A stretch of DNA of 64,000 bases, from assembly GCA_965240325.2 (NCBI GenBank), contig OZ251225.1:1550001-1614000 (forward strand). The letters run 5' to 3'. This document shows, in pieces, positions 44,574 to 56,085 of this stretch; the first letter of the stretch is position 1; each line of letters starts with the position of its first letter. The stretch comes from Rebecca billardiae RCC1528. Lineage: Eukaryota > Protista > Haptophyta. Both the position numbers and the translations under genes were made by a program. The notes beneath the pieces are model-generated. The model was given only the letters and a program-made list of their open reading frames with translations, ran no database searches and had not been told where the DNA came from.

Positions 44574-44883
44574 GGTTGCTGCCAACCCTCGGTTGGAGCG
44601 GTTGGAACGACTTACACAAAAGGGAAGGGTCGTAGGGCTTCTCCAGGAAAACATCAGGGTTGGTGTCAAACTCGTCGCGGTTATCTGGTTGTGAACGACC
44701 TATTATTTGAATATTTGGTTGTGACCTGTGTGCCAATGAGAGCGCCTGGGCTCCACGTCAAGTGAGTAAGTGACGTCTATCATACTTCTTTTGGGCCTCC
44801 CCCGGTTATTCCGCTTCGCAGGTTCCGGCTTGGTGCCCACTGAATCCTTGATCGCGTGGGTACTCGCGCCGCACGACGAGCCA

Positions 44884-47700
44884 ATGGGCTTGGTCGAGCG
44901 GCGCAAGACGCGCCGAAGGCCAGCGTTGAGCCGCGCCTCATGGCTGGCGGTGGTGTGGGTGGCGCTCATTGGGCCCGAGCCCGCATCTGCCCAGCTCACT
45001 GTCCTCGAAGGGCCGCCCGAATTGGTCGGCAGCACATTCGAGGCGGTCAACTATGAGTTTGCGCCGCAGACGTTCGACGTGCGCGGGCGACTCCTGCGCG
45101 TGGAGCGGTCCGACTGGGATATGTCGGAATGCCCACCCACCTACGTGGGCGCAGGCGAGCCTGCTGGCAGCGTCATCCTGGACGTCCACCCGCTGGGGCG
45201 GTGCTCGTTAAGGGATGTTTCGTTGGCTGTGCGCGCGGTGAACGCTGTCGCGTATCTCACCTATTCCATGGACATCGCCCACCATTTCGCGCCGGCGCCC
45301 GGGCGGTTGCAGCCGCACTACGCGGAGGCGCCGCCACAGGCGCGCTACGGCCCCACGGTCGACGTGACGCAGGGAGACATGGCGTCGTTTGAGAAGGCCA
45401 CGCGCGACCCCGAGCATGGCATCGTCGTGCGCGTGCGGCCGACGCCCTCGCTGTGGGAGGAGTGCTTCGCATCGCCGTGGTACCTGGTGGTACAGGTCGT
45501 GCTCACGCTGCAAGCGTGCGCGTGCGTCGAGCTCGCCGCCATGCGCATCGAGGCCTTCTGCCGCCGCGCCGCCGGGCCGTACGGCCGGTTGCCGCGCGTG
45601 TGGCTCTGCCTCGAGCTGGCGCTCAACCTGCTGCGCGCCGCGTACTACGCGGTCGACCCGGAGGGCGGGCGGGGCGTCTTCAGCTTCGGCGTGGGCCTGC
45701 TTCTGCGCTCGGGCACGTTCGCGCTCGGCTCGGTTGGGACCGTCATCTTCGTCGGTGCGCGCCGCGCGCGCGCCGCGCGGCCGTGCCCCCCCCCCCCCCG
45801 GCGCCGCGTGCCCGCTGGCGTGGCGCCGAGCGAGCGGAGGCGAGGGGTTCGCCGCGCCCAGCCGGCGCTGACCACGCGTCGCGCGCCCGTGCTTCACCCG
45901 CCGCCCCCCGGCGTGCCGCGCAGTGCACTTCGCGCAAGCCGCGGACTCCGTCTTCCACCCGAAGACCACGAGCGCGCGGCGACATAACGCGCGCGCGGCG
46001 GTGATTGCCTTCACCGTCTTTGCGCTGCTGCTGGACTTGTGCACGTCGCTGCCGTTCATCTGGCAGCGCGCGCTGGTCGTGCCGGCGTTGGACCTCTTCA
46101 TCCTGAAGGCGGCGTACACGTACGCCGTCACGCCGATCACACTCGTCTGCATCGCCTACACCGCCGCGTGGCGCGTGAGCCTCGCGCTGCGCCACCTGCC
46201 GAGCACGCGGCTGCGCGAGCTGATCGCTCGCGTGAAGGCGACGGCGCGGCTGACAGTCTTGCTGATGCTGTACGCGCTGGCCTCGCCGGTGGCGGCATGG
46301 CACCCGTACCGCTCGCTGCCGCTGATGTTCGTCGGCGGCACGGTGGGGCACGCGCTCAGCTACGTGCAGATCCTCGCCTTCCACCCGACCGGCACGCGCG
46401 TCAGGCAGGGCCCGCTTCGCTACCTGGCGCTGCGCGCGTGCGCGCTGCTCGCGCCGCTCGCACACGGCGTGCACCGCGCCCTCGGCCGAACCAGGCGGGC
46501 CTTGGTGGCGCCGATGGAAGGCGCAGCCGTGGCCCTGCGCCCGTGGCGCCGCGACGACGGGCAGCACTTCGACGATGCGCGCGAGCTGCCCGCCGTCGCC
46601 ACGGCCGCCGGGAACGACGATGGCGACGCGGCCGGCTCGTCGCGGTCAGGTCCGCTCCCGCCGAGGCTGCTGCTCGGAGTGTCGCTTGCCTTCTTGCAGG
46701 AGTTCGTGGCGATGTACGTGCCGGACGAGAGCACGCCGAGCTACGACATCGCGCCCAAGGTGGTCGCGCTGCTCGGCGGCGCGGACGTCTCGATCGCCGA
46801 GCGCTTCCAGCACTCCGCCACCACGGACGGCACGCCCGTCGTCGGCCGCGCCACGGTGTTTGTGTCGCATGCGCACGCGTGCTCGTTTGCGCGGATGGTG
46901 GACGCGCTGCGGCTGTACCTCGAGATCTACAAGCTCGACCCGCGCTGCACGTTCTTCTGGGTGGACCGCTTCTGCATGCGACTGCCCTCGCAGGCCGCCG
47001 AGGTCCTGCACATCGGCGCGCTCGAGCAGCAGATCGGCCACGTGGTGATGGTGCTCGGTGCGCGCGCGTGCGCGCGCCCGGCAGCGCCGCGTCCTTTTTT
47101 TTGCGCGCGCGGCGCGAGGGCAGTTCTGCTAGCTCTGCGCCGCGCAGCTCAGCCGCCCCGCGCCCGCCGACCATCCGTGCGCGCGCGGCGCGTGCAGACC
47201 CGTGGGACGCGCCCGTCTGCCTCACGCGCGCGTGGTGCCTCTGGGAGGTCGTCCACTCGCTGCAGCCGGACGCACTGTTTCAGATCACGCTCCCTGAGAG
47301 CGAGAGGCGGCGGCTGATCGAGGCGCTCAACACCGACCGCGCGCGCACGCACGAGATCCTGACCTCGTTCGACGTGCAGCTGGCAGGGCTGCCGAGCGCG
47401 GTGGACCGCGACGCGCTCTTCACGTCGATCGTGCAGCACTACCTCGCCTACCAGGCCTCGCGCCCCCGCGGCATGGCCAAGCACGTGCTGCCGCCCAAAC
47501 CGCCCGTGCTCCGTGTGGAGGCTGGCGTGTTGCCACGGGTGGCTGCCGCGGCGGACACGTCGTTGGGCAGAGGAGCGCACGTAATCGGCGGCGGGCCCCG
47601 GTTCAGCGTCGACCTTGGCCCCGCGGTCGAGCACTTCAACGCGATGACGCGCGAGGCGATGCTGTGCGCGCTCGCGTCCTTCTCCTGGCACGTGTCGTAG
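44884..47700 (+). CDS. PA-domain / 7-TM / HET-TIR-like membrane protein; introns 45755-45923 and 47058-47197
   Basis: Three ORFs join in frame through GT-AG introns; signal-like WLAVVWVALIG; PA-like LGRCSL..AVRAVNAVAYL; seven hydrophobic segments; FVSHA..FFWVDRFC..PWD.PV.LTRAWCLWE. Confidence 0.75.
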
Positions 47701-47759
47701 ATGTCGTCGTCAGGCCCCGCTGTGGCCGCAGAGGCCACTTCGTAGTGACACGCGCGGAA

Positions 47760-49256
<1,497 letters not shown>

Positions 49257-49651
49257 CGCGCGTCGCGTTGGTCAAGCTCCTTGAGGCCGTTGAAGAGCAC
49301 ACGCCCGTCGTGCACGTTCGACTCCCGCGAATCGGGGCGCAGCAACACACGCTCACCCTGCTTCACGCATGCACCTGCATGCGCTGCCGTCGCAATGTCA
49401 TCGACTGCGCGCTTGACGGTCCCGGAGTCGAAGTGAGCACGGAGCAACGCCGATTCGATAGAAGTCGCGACGGATTCTCGCCCGTCTCCGCGTAGACGGC
49501 GAGTAGCCCGAGGTGCACGCGCGTGTTGCACTGCGCGCGCATGCGGCAGCGTTTGTGCAGATTCCGGTCCACGGTTCAGCTCGTCGTTCGACTTGATGAT
49601 GTCGAGGAACACGGCGCTACCCCGGCAGAGATCGTCATCGTTGAACGTCAC
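49257..49651 (-). pseudogene. Frameshifted coding remnant, unidentified
   Basis: Coding-like segments in different frames (TFNDDDLCRGSAVFLDIIK / RVHLGLLAVYAETGEN / VHDGRVLFNGLKELDQ). Confidence 0.3.
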
Positions 49652-49747
49652 TCTTCTGGCCTGGGATCAGCTAGGCCTGCTCAAGGGCACGCCGCGCACG
49701 CCGGCGGCGCGTGGGCGCAAGCGCCATCATCAGCGCCGTGGGCGATC

Positions 49748-50004
49748 GCGGCAACAAACCTGAATCAAAGATGCGCAAACGGCAATACAACTGACCCACA
49801 CTACGCGACGGCAATACAGCTGAACAAAGTAGTGGGCCATCATCCACGGCAATACACCTGACACAAGTATTCGACGTTGGCAACAAGATTGACACGTGAT
49901 TCCCAAACATGGAAAACGGCAATACACCTGACCACTGTAGTCAAAACGTGCGTTTGGCAATACACCTGACCACACTTTCCAAAACGGCAATACAGCTGAC
50001 ATTA

Positions 50005-50008
<4 letters not shown>
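49748..50008. repeat. Array of 8 x 14-bp motif GGCAATACAVCTGA with unique spacers; probable subterminal repeats of a transposon end abutting (TA)n
   Basis: Motif at 49750, 49781, 49810, 49848, 49879, 49918, 49956 and 49986. Confidence 0.8.

Positions 50009-50085
<77 letters not shown>
50009..50085. repeat. (TA)n microsatellite
   Basis: Direct reading. Confidence 0.95.
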
Positions 50086-50087
<2 letters not shown>

Positions 50088-50161
50088 CTATACGGTATCG
50101 TTCTACTATGGGTTGAGCTAGCTCGCTCTGACGCACGTACGACTAACGATGATGACGATCA

Positions 50162-52015
50162 TCACATGTCTGCAAATCGCGCCAGCTGCGACAGCAAACG
50201 CTGGACATGCAGCACAGCCTCCGGCTGAGTACCTGCGCCGTCCGCAGATGCCGATGGCTCTGCCGGCGCTCCCGCGGGCGCGCCCTCCGTGACCTGCTGC
50301 TTGGCGCGAGCGGCCTCTGCGGCGGCGCGCTGCTGCGAGCTCAGCTGCGCGCGCCATTGCATTGCCACCGTCCGGATGCCCGCGCGCACGGTGCGACTGG
50401 CGCTCCACGGTGGGCAGGCGCCGCCCGCCCCGCGCAGGCTGTGCACCAGGTGCCGCAGCGCGCTGACCGCGTCGAGGCCGCCGGCTGAGTCCGAGTTGCA
50501 GTGCTGCGCGGAGTGAGGCCCCGCGTCGCACGCTGAGAACGCGCTGCTGGCGAGCGTTCGGCCGATCGTCTCGCACGTGCACGGGAATTTGGCAAGCGCC
50601 GCCGCCGACTCGGCCACGCTCAGCGGCCCGTCGTCCGTGAGCGCAAGCGCTGGCGCGACGCTCAGGAGCGCGCTCACGCGCCGGTCGGCCACGCGCAGCC
50701 ACCGTTGCCGGAGCTGCCGCTGCTCGGCACTGTCGGGCTGCGCGTCGTCTGCAGGGTCTTCGTCTGCGCACGCCACGCCCAGGCCCTCCGCAGACTCGGC
50801 CCGCTCGGCGAGCAGCAGCGCCGGCCCGCCCACGAGCAGCGCGCGGAGCGCAAGAGCGGCGAGGGACGGGACGACACCCGCGCGCGCGGGCGGCGCTTGC
50901 CACGCGCGCGGCGGCTCTCGCGCGCCCTCCGCGCCCGCGCCGCCGTCGAGCCGCTCGAGCGCCATCGCCTCCCGCCAGAGCGCGATGCGCGCGTCGTCCT
51001 GCCGCGTGACCCCCTCCTCCGCGATCCGCTCGAAGCGGAACGGCTCGACGCGCGGGCAGAGCAGGTCGTACACATCCGCCTCCTCATATGCAGCGTGCGA
51101 CAGCGCCTGCGCGGCGCTCAGCCGGTGGCGGCTGTCGAACTGGAGGAGCCCGCGGATGAGCGAGACGAGCGGCTCGGGCACGCCCGCGAGCGTCGCGCCG
51201 AGCTGCGGCTCCGCGTCGCCCAGCGTCGCGCGCAGCTCCTCGAGGAACTCGAGCGCGCGCGGCAGCTCGACCACCTCGCACAGCGCGTCGCGCGCCGGCA
51301 GGCCGATCAGCGTCGGGATGAGCTTGAGCTCGTGCATCGGGTCTCGCGCGGGGAAGAGCACCTTCCTCGTGAGCATCTCGGCGAGCACGCAGCCGGTGGA
51401 CCACATGTCCGCCGGCGGTCCGTACGACGAGTTGCACACGAGCAGCTCCGGCGCGCGGTACCACCGCATCGTCGTGTACCCGTCGAGGTCGTGCTCGGCG
51501 GTGGCGGCGAGCTCGTCGACGTCCCGCGCACCGCGCAGCCCGGCGAGCGACACGTGGCACTCGGGGCTGACGAGTACGTGGAGCGGCGCGATATGGCCGT
51601 GCACGACGCCCGCGCCGTGCAGGGCGCGCAGCGCCGAGAACAGCTGGTAGCTCATGTACGCGACGTGCGCGGGCGAGAGCTCGGTCCTCGAGCGGATCAC
51701 GCGGTCGAGCGTGTACTGCACGTGGCCGCGCACGATGATCACGTGGTTCCACTCGCCGTGGGCGGCGGGCGGCGGGAGCAGCACGCGGCGCACGTTCGCA
51801 ATGTTGGGGTGCGAGCGGAAGTGCCGCAGCACGCGCACCTCGCGCACCATCTCCGCCGCGTCTGCGAGGTCTGCAAACGCAGTCTGCACGTGCTTGACCT
51901 GCACCTGCTCACCGCTCAGCTTGTCGCGAGCGCCGTAGCACTGGTGGGCGATCCGGCGGAACGACTCGTAGCGCCCGCGCAGCTGCGGATGGTCGCTGAC
52001 GTCGGTGATCGACAT
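50162..52015 (-). CDS. MAP-kinase-like protein, probable pseudokinase
   Basis: REVRVLRHF..HPNI, YQLFSAL..LHGAGVVH, YTTMRWYRAPELL, DMWSTGCVLAEML.RK.LFP, SAAQALSH; catalytic motifs are altered. Confidence 0.85.
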   Translation of the reverse strand: MSITDVSDHPQLRGRYESFRRIAHQCYGARDKLSGEQVQVKHVQTAFADLADAAEMVREVRVLRHFRSHPNIANVRRVLLPPPAAHGEWNHVIIVRGHVQYTLDRVIRSRTELSPAHVAYMSYQLFSALRALHGAGVVHGHIAPLHVLVSPECHVSLAGLRGARDVDELAATAEHDLDGYTTMRWYRAPELLVCNSSYGPPADMWSTGCVLAEMLTRKVLFPARDPMHELKLIPTLIGLPARDALCEVVELPRALEFLEELRATLGDAEPQLGATLAGVPEPLVSLIRGLLQFDSRHRLSAAQALSHAAYEEADVYDLLCPRVEPFRFERIAEEGVTRQDDARIALWREAMALERLDGGAGAEGAREPPRAWQAPPARAGVVPSLAALALRALLVGGPALLLAERAESAEGLGVACADEDPADDAQPDSAEQRQLRQRWLRVADRRVSALLSVAPALALTDDGPLSVAESAAALAKFPCTCETIGRTLASSAFSACDAGPHSAQHCNSDSAGGLDAVSALRHLVHSLRGAGGACPPWSASRTVRAGIRTVAMQWRAQLSSQQRAAAEAARAKQQVTEGAPAGAPAEPSASADGAGTQPEAVLHVQRLLSQLARFADM

Positions 52016-52758
52016 CACTTCGAGTGGACGCACGCCGCAAGCCCGCGCTGGAGGGCGTGGGCGGATTGCCCTTGCGACGTCCACCCCAGCGGAGCGCGCA
52101 CGGCGGCCACCGGGTAATTCAGACGACGAAACTTCGTTGACGACTCATGACGAGTTGGTGAATTCAGCATGGAGTCGCCGCCCGTCGTGCGCCGGCTTGC
52201 ATGCGCCCTTGACGGGAAAGTTGGGCGCACAATCATTGGCCGGGCGACACTCGTGACGGCGGAGCCCTCTTGGCCCTGTCTCGCGTGGGAGCGCGCCCGC
52301 GCAGCCCGGGCGCCTTAGTGAGTCTCGCAGGTGCGCGGCCGCACGACCGAGTGTGCGTCGTTTGCTTCAGCGTGTCGGACGGCGTCGATCATGCCAAGTG
52401 AGTCAGATTGTTACTGCCTGGGTGGAGTGTGCACGTCGAAGCATGTAGCAACAGTCGTGCCGCCCAGGGAGGGCGGTGATGTGATGCTAGGCTGCTAGCA
52501 CGTAGTTCTGACAAGTCATGCCTCTCGACCCGAGCGTACAGCCCTGAGTCCGCGCCGGCCCCGCAGCCCGGGCTGACTGCACAGTGCACAGCCCTGAACA
52601 CAAGGGAAGGGGAACACGGGGTCCCGGATCGCGCGGGAATCGGCGCGCAGCCGCGCAACCGCCATAATCACTGCGTATGCTGATACATCACTGGTGCTGT
52701 GCCCGCTGCCCCGCTCTGGCATTCAGCACCGGGCGTACCGTCGTCGTCGTCGCGTCAA

Positions 52759-53070
52759 GACTAATTCTATGATTTAAAGACACAGGCACGAGGGCGCAGC
52801 TCTCCTGATTCGTCTGTAGTGGTACTGGTCGAAGCTTGCAGCAGTGGCAGTGGTGTGAGCGCGTTGATGTTGGTCCCCATGGCGGATGTCGTTGTTGTCG
52901 TCGTCCGGACGGACTAATTCTATGATTTAAAGACACAGGCACGAGGGCGCAGCTCTCCTGATTCGTCTGTAGTGGTACTGGTCGAAGCTTGCAAGTTGCA
53001 GCAGTTGCAGTGGTGTGAGCGCGTTGATGTTGGTCCCCATGGCGGATGTCGTTGTTGTCGTCGTCCGGAC
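52759..53070. repeat. Tandem duplication, 2 x ~155 bp
   Basis: 52759-52910 vs 52912-53070. Confidence 0.9.
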
Positions 53071-53305
53071 GTCGTCAGGCCCACCAGGAAGTGCATGGGT
53101 ACGAAATCAAAGGCGAGTGAGCATGTTGGCGTCGGCCAGGACTCTGACAAGAGTCGCGTCGTGCGTTTTGCATTTTCGTTGGCCGCCTGGGCACGCGATT
53201 TCAGATTGACGATCTGTTTCGCGTTGGGGCTCGGCGCGCGCCGCCATGCACACCGCCCTCCCCGCGCGCGTGCCGTCCGCGTCCCGGCGGCGGCCGGCGA
53301 CTGCG

Positions 53306-55849
53306 ATGCCGCAGCGGCAGAGCTCGCGGGCAGCCTCAAAGTCCATGTACGCCCCCGAGCCGCCCGTGGAGAAGCGCCCCGTCTCCGCCGGCCGGCTGCT
53401 CGAATACCAGAACCAGCTGAAGCAGCAGATGCTCAACCCGGGGGCGCAGACGGCGCAGCAGGGCGAGACGATGTTCCAGCTCACGCAGCTGGACATCGAG
53501 GCGCTGCCCGTGCTGCTCAAGCGCCGCGCGGAGGGCAACGACGACGCCGCGTCCGAGCCCGACAGCGTCCACGGCGCCGCGGCGTTTGTGCTGCAGGACT
53601 ACACGCGCGCCATCGAGGAGTGGAGCCGCGCACTCGAGGGCGACGTGAGCGTGCCGCGCGCGTGCTTCGTGCTGCGCCACCGCGGCGCGGCGTACGCGCA
53701 CCTCGGCCGGCTCGACCACGCCCTCAAGGACGTGGATAAGGCGCTGAGCTACCAGCCCACCTCGTTTGACGCGCTCGCGCTGCGCGCGGACATTGTCGAC
53801 CGGATGGGCGTCGACGCGCACATCGTGCTCGCGACGTACGCGCACGCGCTGCGCGAGGTGCCGAGCTCGACGCGCGTGCTCGCCAAGTTCGCGCTCGTCG
53901 CCGAGCGCGTCGAGGGCCACGCCGTGGCCAGCCAGATCGGCTGGCCCCTCGCGCTGCGCGAGCTCGCGCCGGGCACGGCGCCGGCGGTGCCCGCGGCCGG
54001 CGCGCCCACCGTCGAGGGCGTTCCTGGCTGCATGCTGTCGCTCAAGAGCTACGTGGCAGCGGAGGGCTCGACGCCGGCGCGCCCGGTGTACTGCGTGGCC
54101 GTGCGCCCGACGCGCGGCATGGTCGAGCTCTCGCTCGCCTGCTTCGCCTCGGAGACGTGGGGCACGGCGGATGTCCTCGCAATCTCGGCCGACGACGGCG
54201 GTGTGATTGGCGCCGGCGCCGCGGCCGGCAGTGCCGCCGCCGTGGTCGGCGCGGCGGGGTCGCCGGCGCGGCCAGCGAGCGCCGCGGCGGGGTACGCGCG
54301 GTCGTCGAGCACCGCGGCCACCGCGGCGAGCCTGCAGCACGCCGCGCTCGCCCGCGCCGCCAGCGCGCACGGCCGGCTCAGTCTCGTCAAATACGAGAAG
54401 GACGCGGGCGTGCTGATCCTGGTGTCAGTCCTGCTCGCCGAGGGCGGCCGGATCGAGGTGCTGAGCAACTCGTCGACGCGGGCGGACGCGCTGGCGCGCG
54501 CGCTGCTGCTGGAGCAGCCGCCCTCGTTCCGGCGCACCGACGACTTCGAGGTCTCGTGCTACGGCTGGCTCCCCAACGACGGCGCCGCCAGCCGCCGCTT
54601 CTGTACCGCGCTCGCGCACGCTCAGAAGCGGCACGATACCATCTTCCACCGCGCGCACCAGATCTCGGTCGAGCGCGCGTTCGGCGGCGGCGGGCGGCGG
54701 GGATCGCAGGTGGACGTGGGGGGCGAGGGCGAGGGCGACGAGCGCTCCACCCTCGCGCTCTCCACCGAGCGCGCGCGCGAGCTCACCGCGTGGCTCGTCG
54801 AGATCGGCCTCGAGCACCACGCGGCCGCGCTCATCCAGCGAGGCACGTCGCTCAACGCGCCGCTCGGCCTGTCCTCCGACGAGCTCGAGCTGATGGGCGT
54901 GCGCACGGAGGCGGAGCGGGTGCGGCTGGCGGAGCTGCACGCGGCGGCGGTGCAGCTGAAGGCGCTCAAGGCGCAGCTCAGCGCCGGCGAGCGCCGCGCC
55001 GAGCAGCTCATGCTGCGGCTCGACACCACGGAGACACGCGCAGAGACAGCCGAGCGCGACCTCGAGCGCGCGCACCGCGCGCTTCACGAGCTCACTGTCT
55101 CGCTCGAGCGCGAGCGGAACGAGTCGGCGGGGGCGCGCTCGCGGCTTGCGCACCACGAGGCGCGCGTGGCGACCGACGCGACGCGCAACCGCGAGCTCGA
55201 GCAGCGCGTGCACGACTTCCTCGCCGACGCCGGCCAGCTCGTCGACTCGACGAAAGACCTGCGCGGCACGCTGCGCGACACGTTTTACGACAACCGGCGG
55301 CAGCTCGAGGAGGCGACGGCAGAGTGTATCTCGAGGTTCACGGGCACGAGCGCGGGCGTGGCGCCGGAGAAGGCGCGCGAGGGCGGCGGCGGCGCGCTCC
55401 TCGGCGCGCAGCCTGCGCTCGGCCTGCGCCGCCCGTTCTCCACGCCGGCGCAGCAGCTCGTGGGCCGACCGACCGCCGGGGTCGCGGGCGTGGGCGCGCG
55501 GCACGGCGGACGCGCGCTCGACGGCGCGTGTTGCCAGGAGCCCAAGCCGGCGTCGCAGGGGGGCACGGCGCCGGGCCCGGCACGCGGCGCGGGGGGCGCG
55601 CCCAACCGGCCGCGCACCGCGTCCAGACCTCTCGCCAACGCGAGGCCTGCCTCGCCCTTCTCAGATGCGTCCACAATGGTCGCCGCGAGCGCGGCCAACG
55701 CGCGCGCGACCAAGCTTGGGATCCTGCCGGCCCAGCAGGGTGCCGCGTCAAGGCCGCGCTCGGCTGCGCTCGGTGCCGGGCGGAGCACGTCGTCCGGCGC
55801 AAGGCCGTCATCTGCGCTGCCGTCACGAGCGACGAGTCAACCGCGGTAG
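53306..55849 (+). CDS. TPR + SAM + coiled-coil protein
   Basis: TPRs (DYTRAIEEWSRAL; HRGAAYAHLGRLDHALKDVDKAL); SAM (WLVEIGLEHHAAALI..LSSDELELMGV); heptad region. Confidence 0.8.
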   Translation: MPQRQSSRAASKSMYAPEPPVEKRPVSAGRLLEYQNQLKQQMLNPGAQTAQQGETMFQLTQLDIEALPVLLKRRAEGNDDAASEPDSVHGAAAFVLQDYTRAIEEWSRALEGDVSVPRACFVLRHRGAAYAHLGRLDHALKDVDKALSYQPTSFDALALRADIVDRMGVDAHIVLATYAHALREVPSSTRVLAKFALVAERVEGHAVASQIGWPLALRELAPGTAPAVPAAGAPTVEGVPGCMLSLKSYVAAEGSTPARPVYCVAVRPTRGMVELSLACFASETWGTADVLAISADDGGVIGAGAAAGSAAAVVGAAGSPARPASAAAGYARSSSTAATAASLQHAALARAASAHGRLSLVKYEKDAGVLILVSVLLAEGGRIEVLSNSSTRADALARALLLEQPPSFRRTDDFEVSCYGWLPNDGAASRRFCTALAHAQKRHDTIFHRAHQISVERAFGGGGRRGSQVDVGGEGEGDERSTLALSTERARELTAWLVEIGLEHHAAALIQRGTSLNAPLGLSSDELELMGVRTEAERVRLAELHAAAVQLKALKAQLSAGERRAEQLMLRLDTTETRAETAERDLERAHRALHELTVSLERERNESAGARSRLAHHEARVATDATRNRELEQRVHDFLADAGQLVDSTKDLRGTLRDTFYDNRRQLEEATAECISRFTGTSAGVAPEKAREGGGGALLGAQPALGLRRPFSTPAQQLVGRPTAGVAGVGARHGGRALDGACCQEPKPASQGGTAPGPARGAGGAPNRPRTASRPLANARPASPFSDASTMVAASAANARATKLGILPAQQGAASRPRSAALGAGRSTSSGARPSSALPSRATSQPR

Positions 55850-56085
55850 CTGGCATCGGTGACGAGCAACCCGGGGCTGACGTAGCAGTAAGGCATGAGC
55901 TGACGAGCTCCTCCCTGATCAGCCAATCAGCGCGTTAGTTGTACAGTTTACTATGATTTAACGTGCAGTAGGCCAGTAGCAATCAAACCGCATTACCCAC
56001 ACTGTTTTGACCAACTGGAACGGGCCGCGACCCCGGACCCGACGAGTCATCTACTCACCAACTCGGACGGGCACCACCTAACGTC

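Noticed and set aside
49748-50008. CRISPR array
   Set aside because: Repeats are only 14 bp and degenerate, spacers 15-25 bp, no cas genes, eukaryotic context
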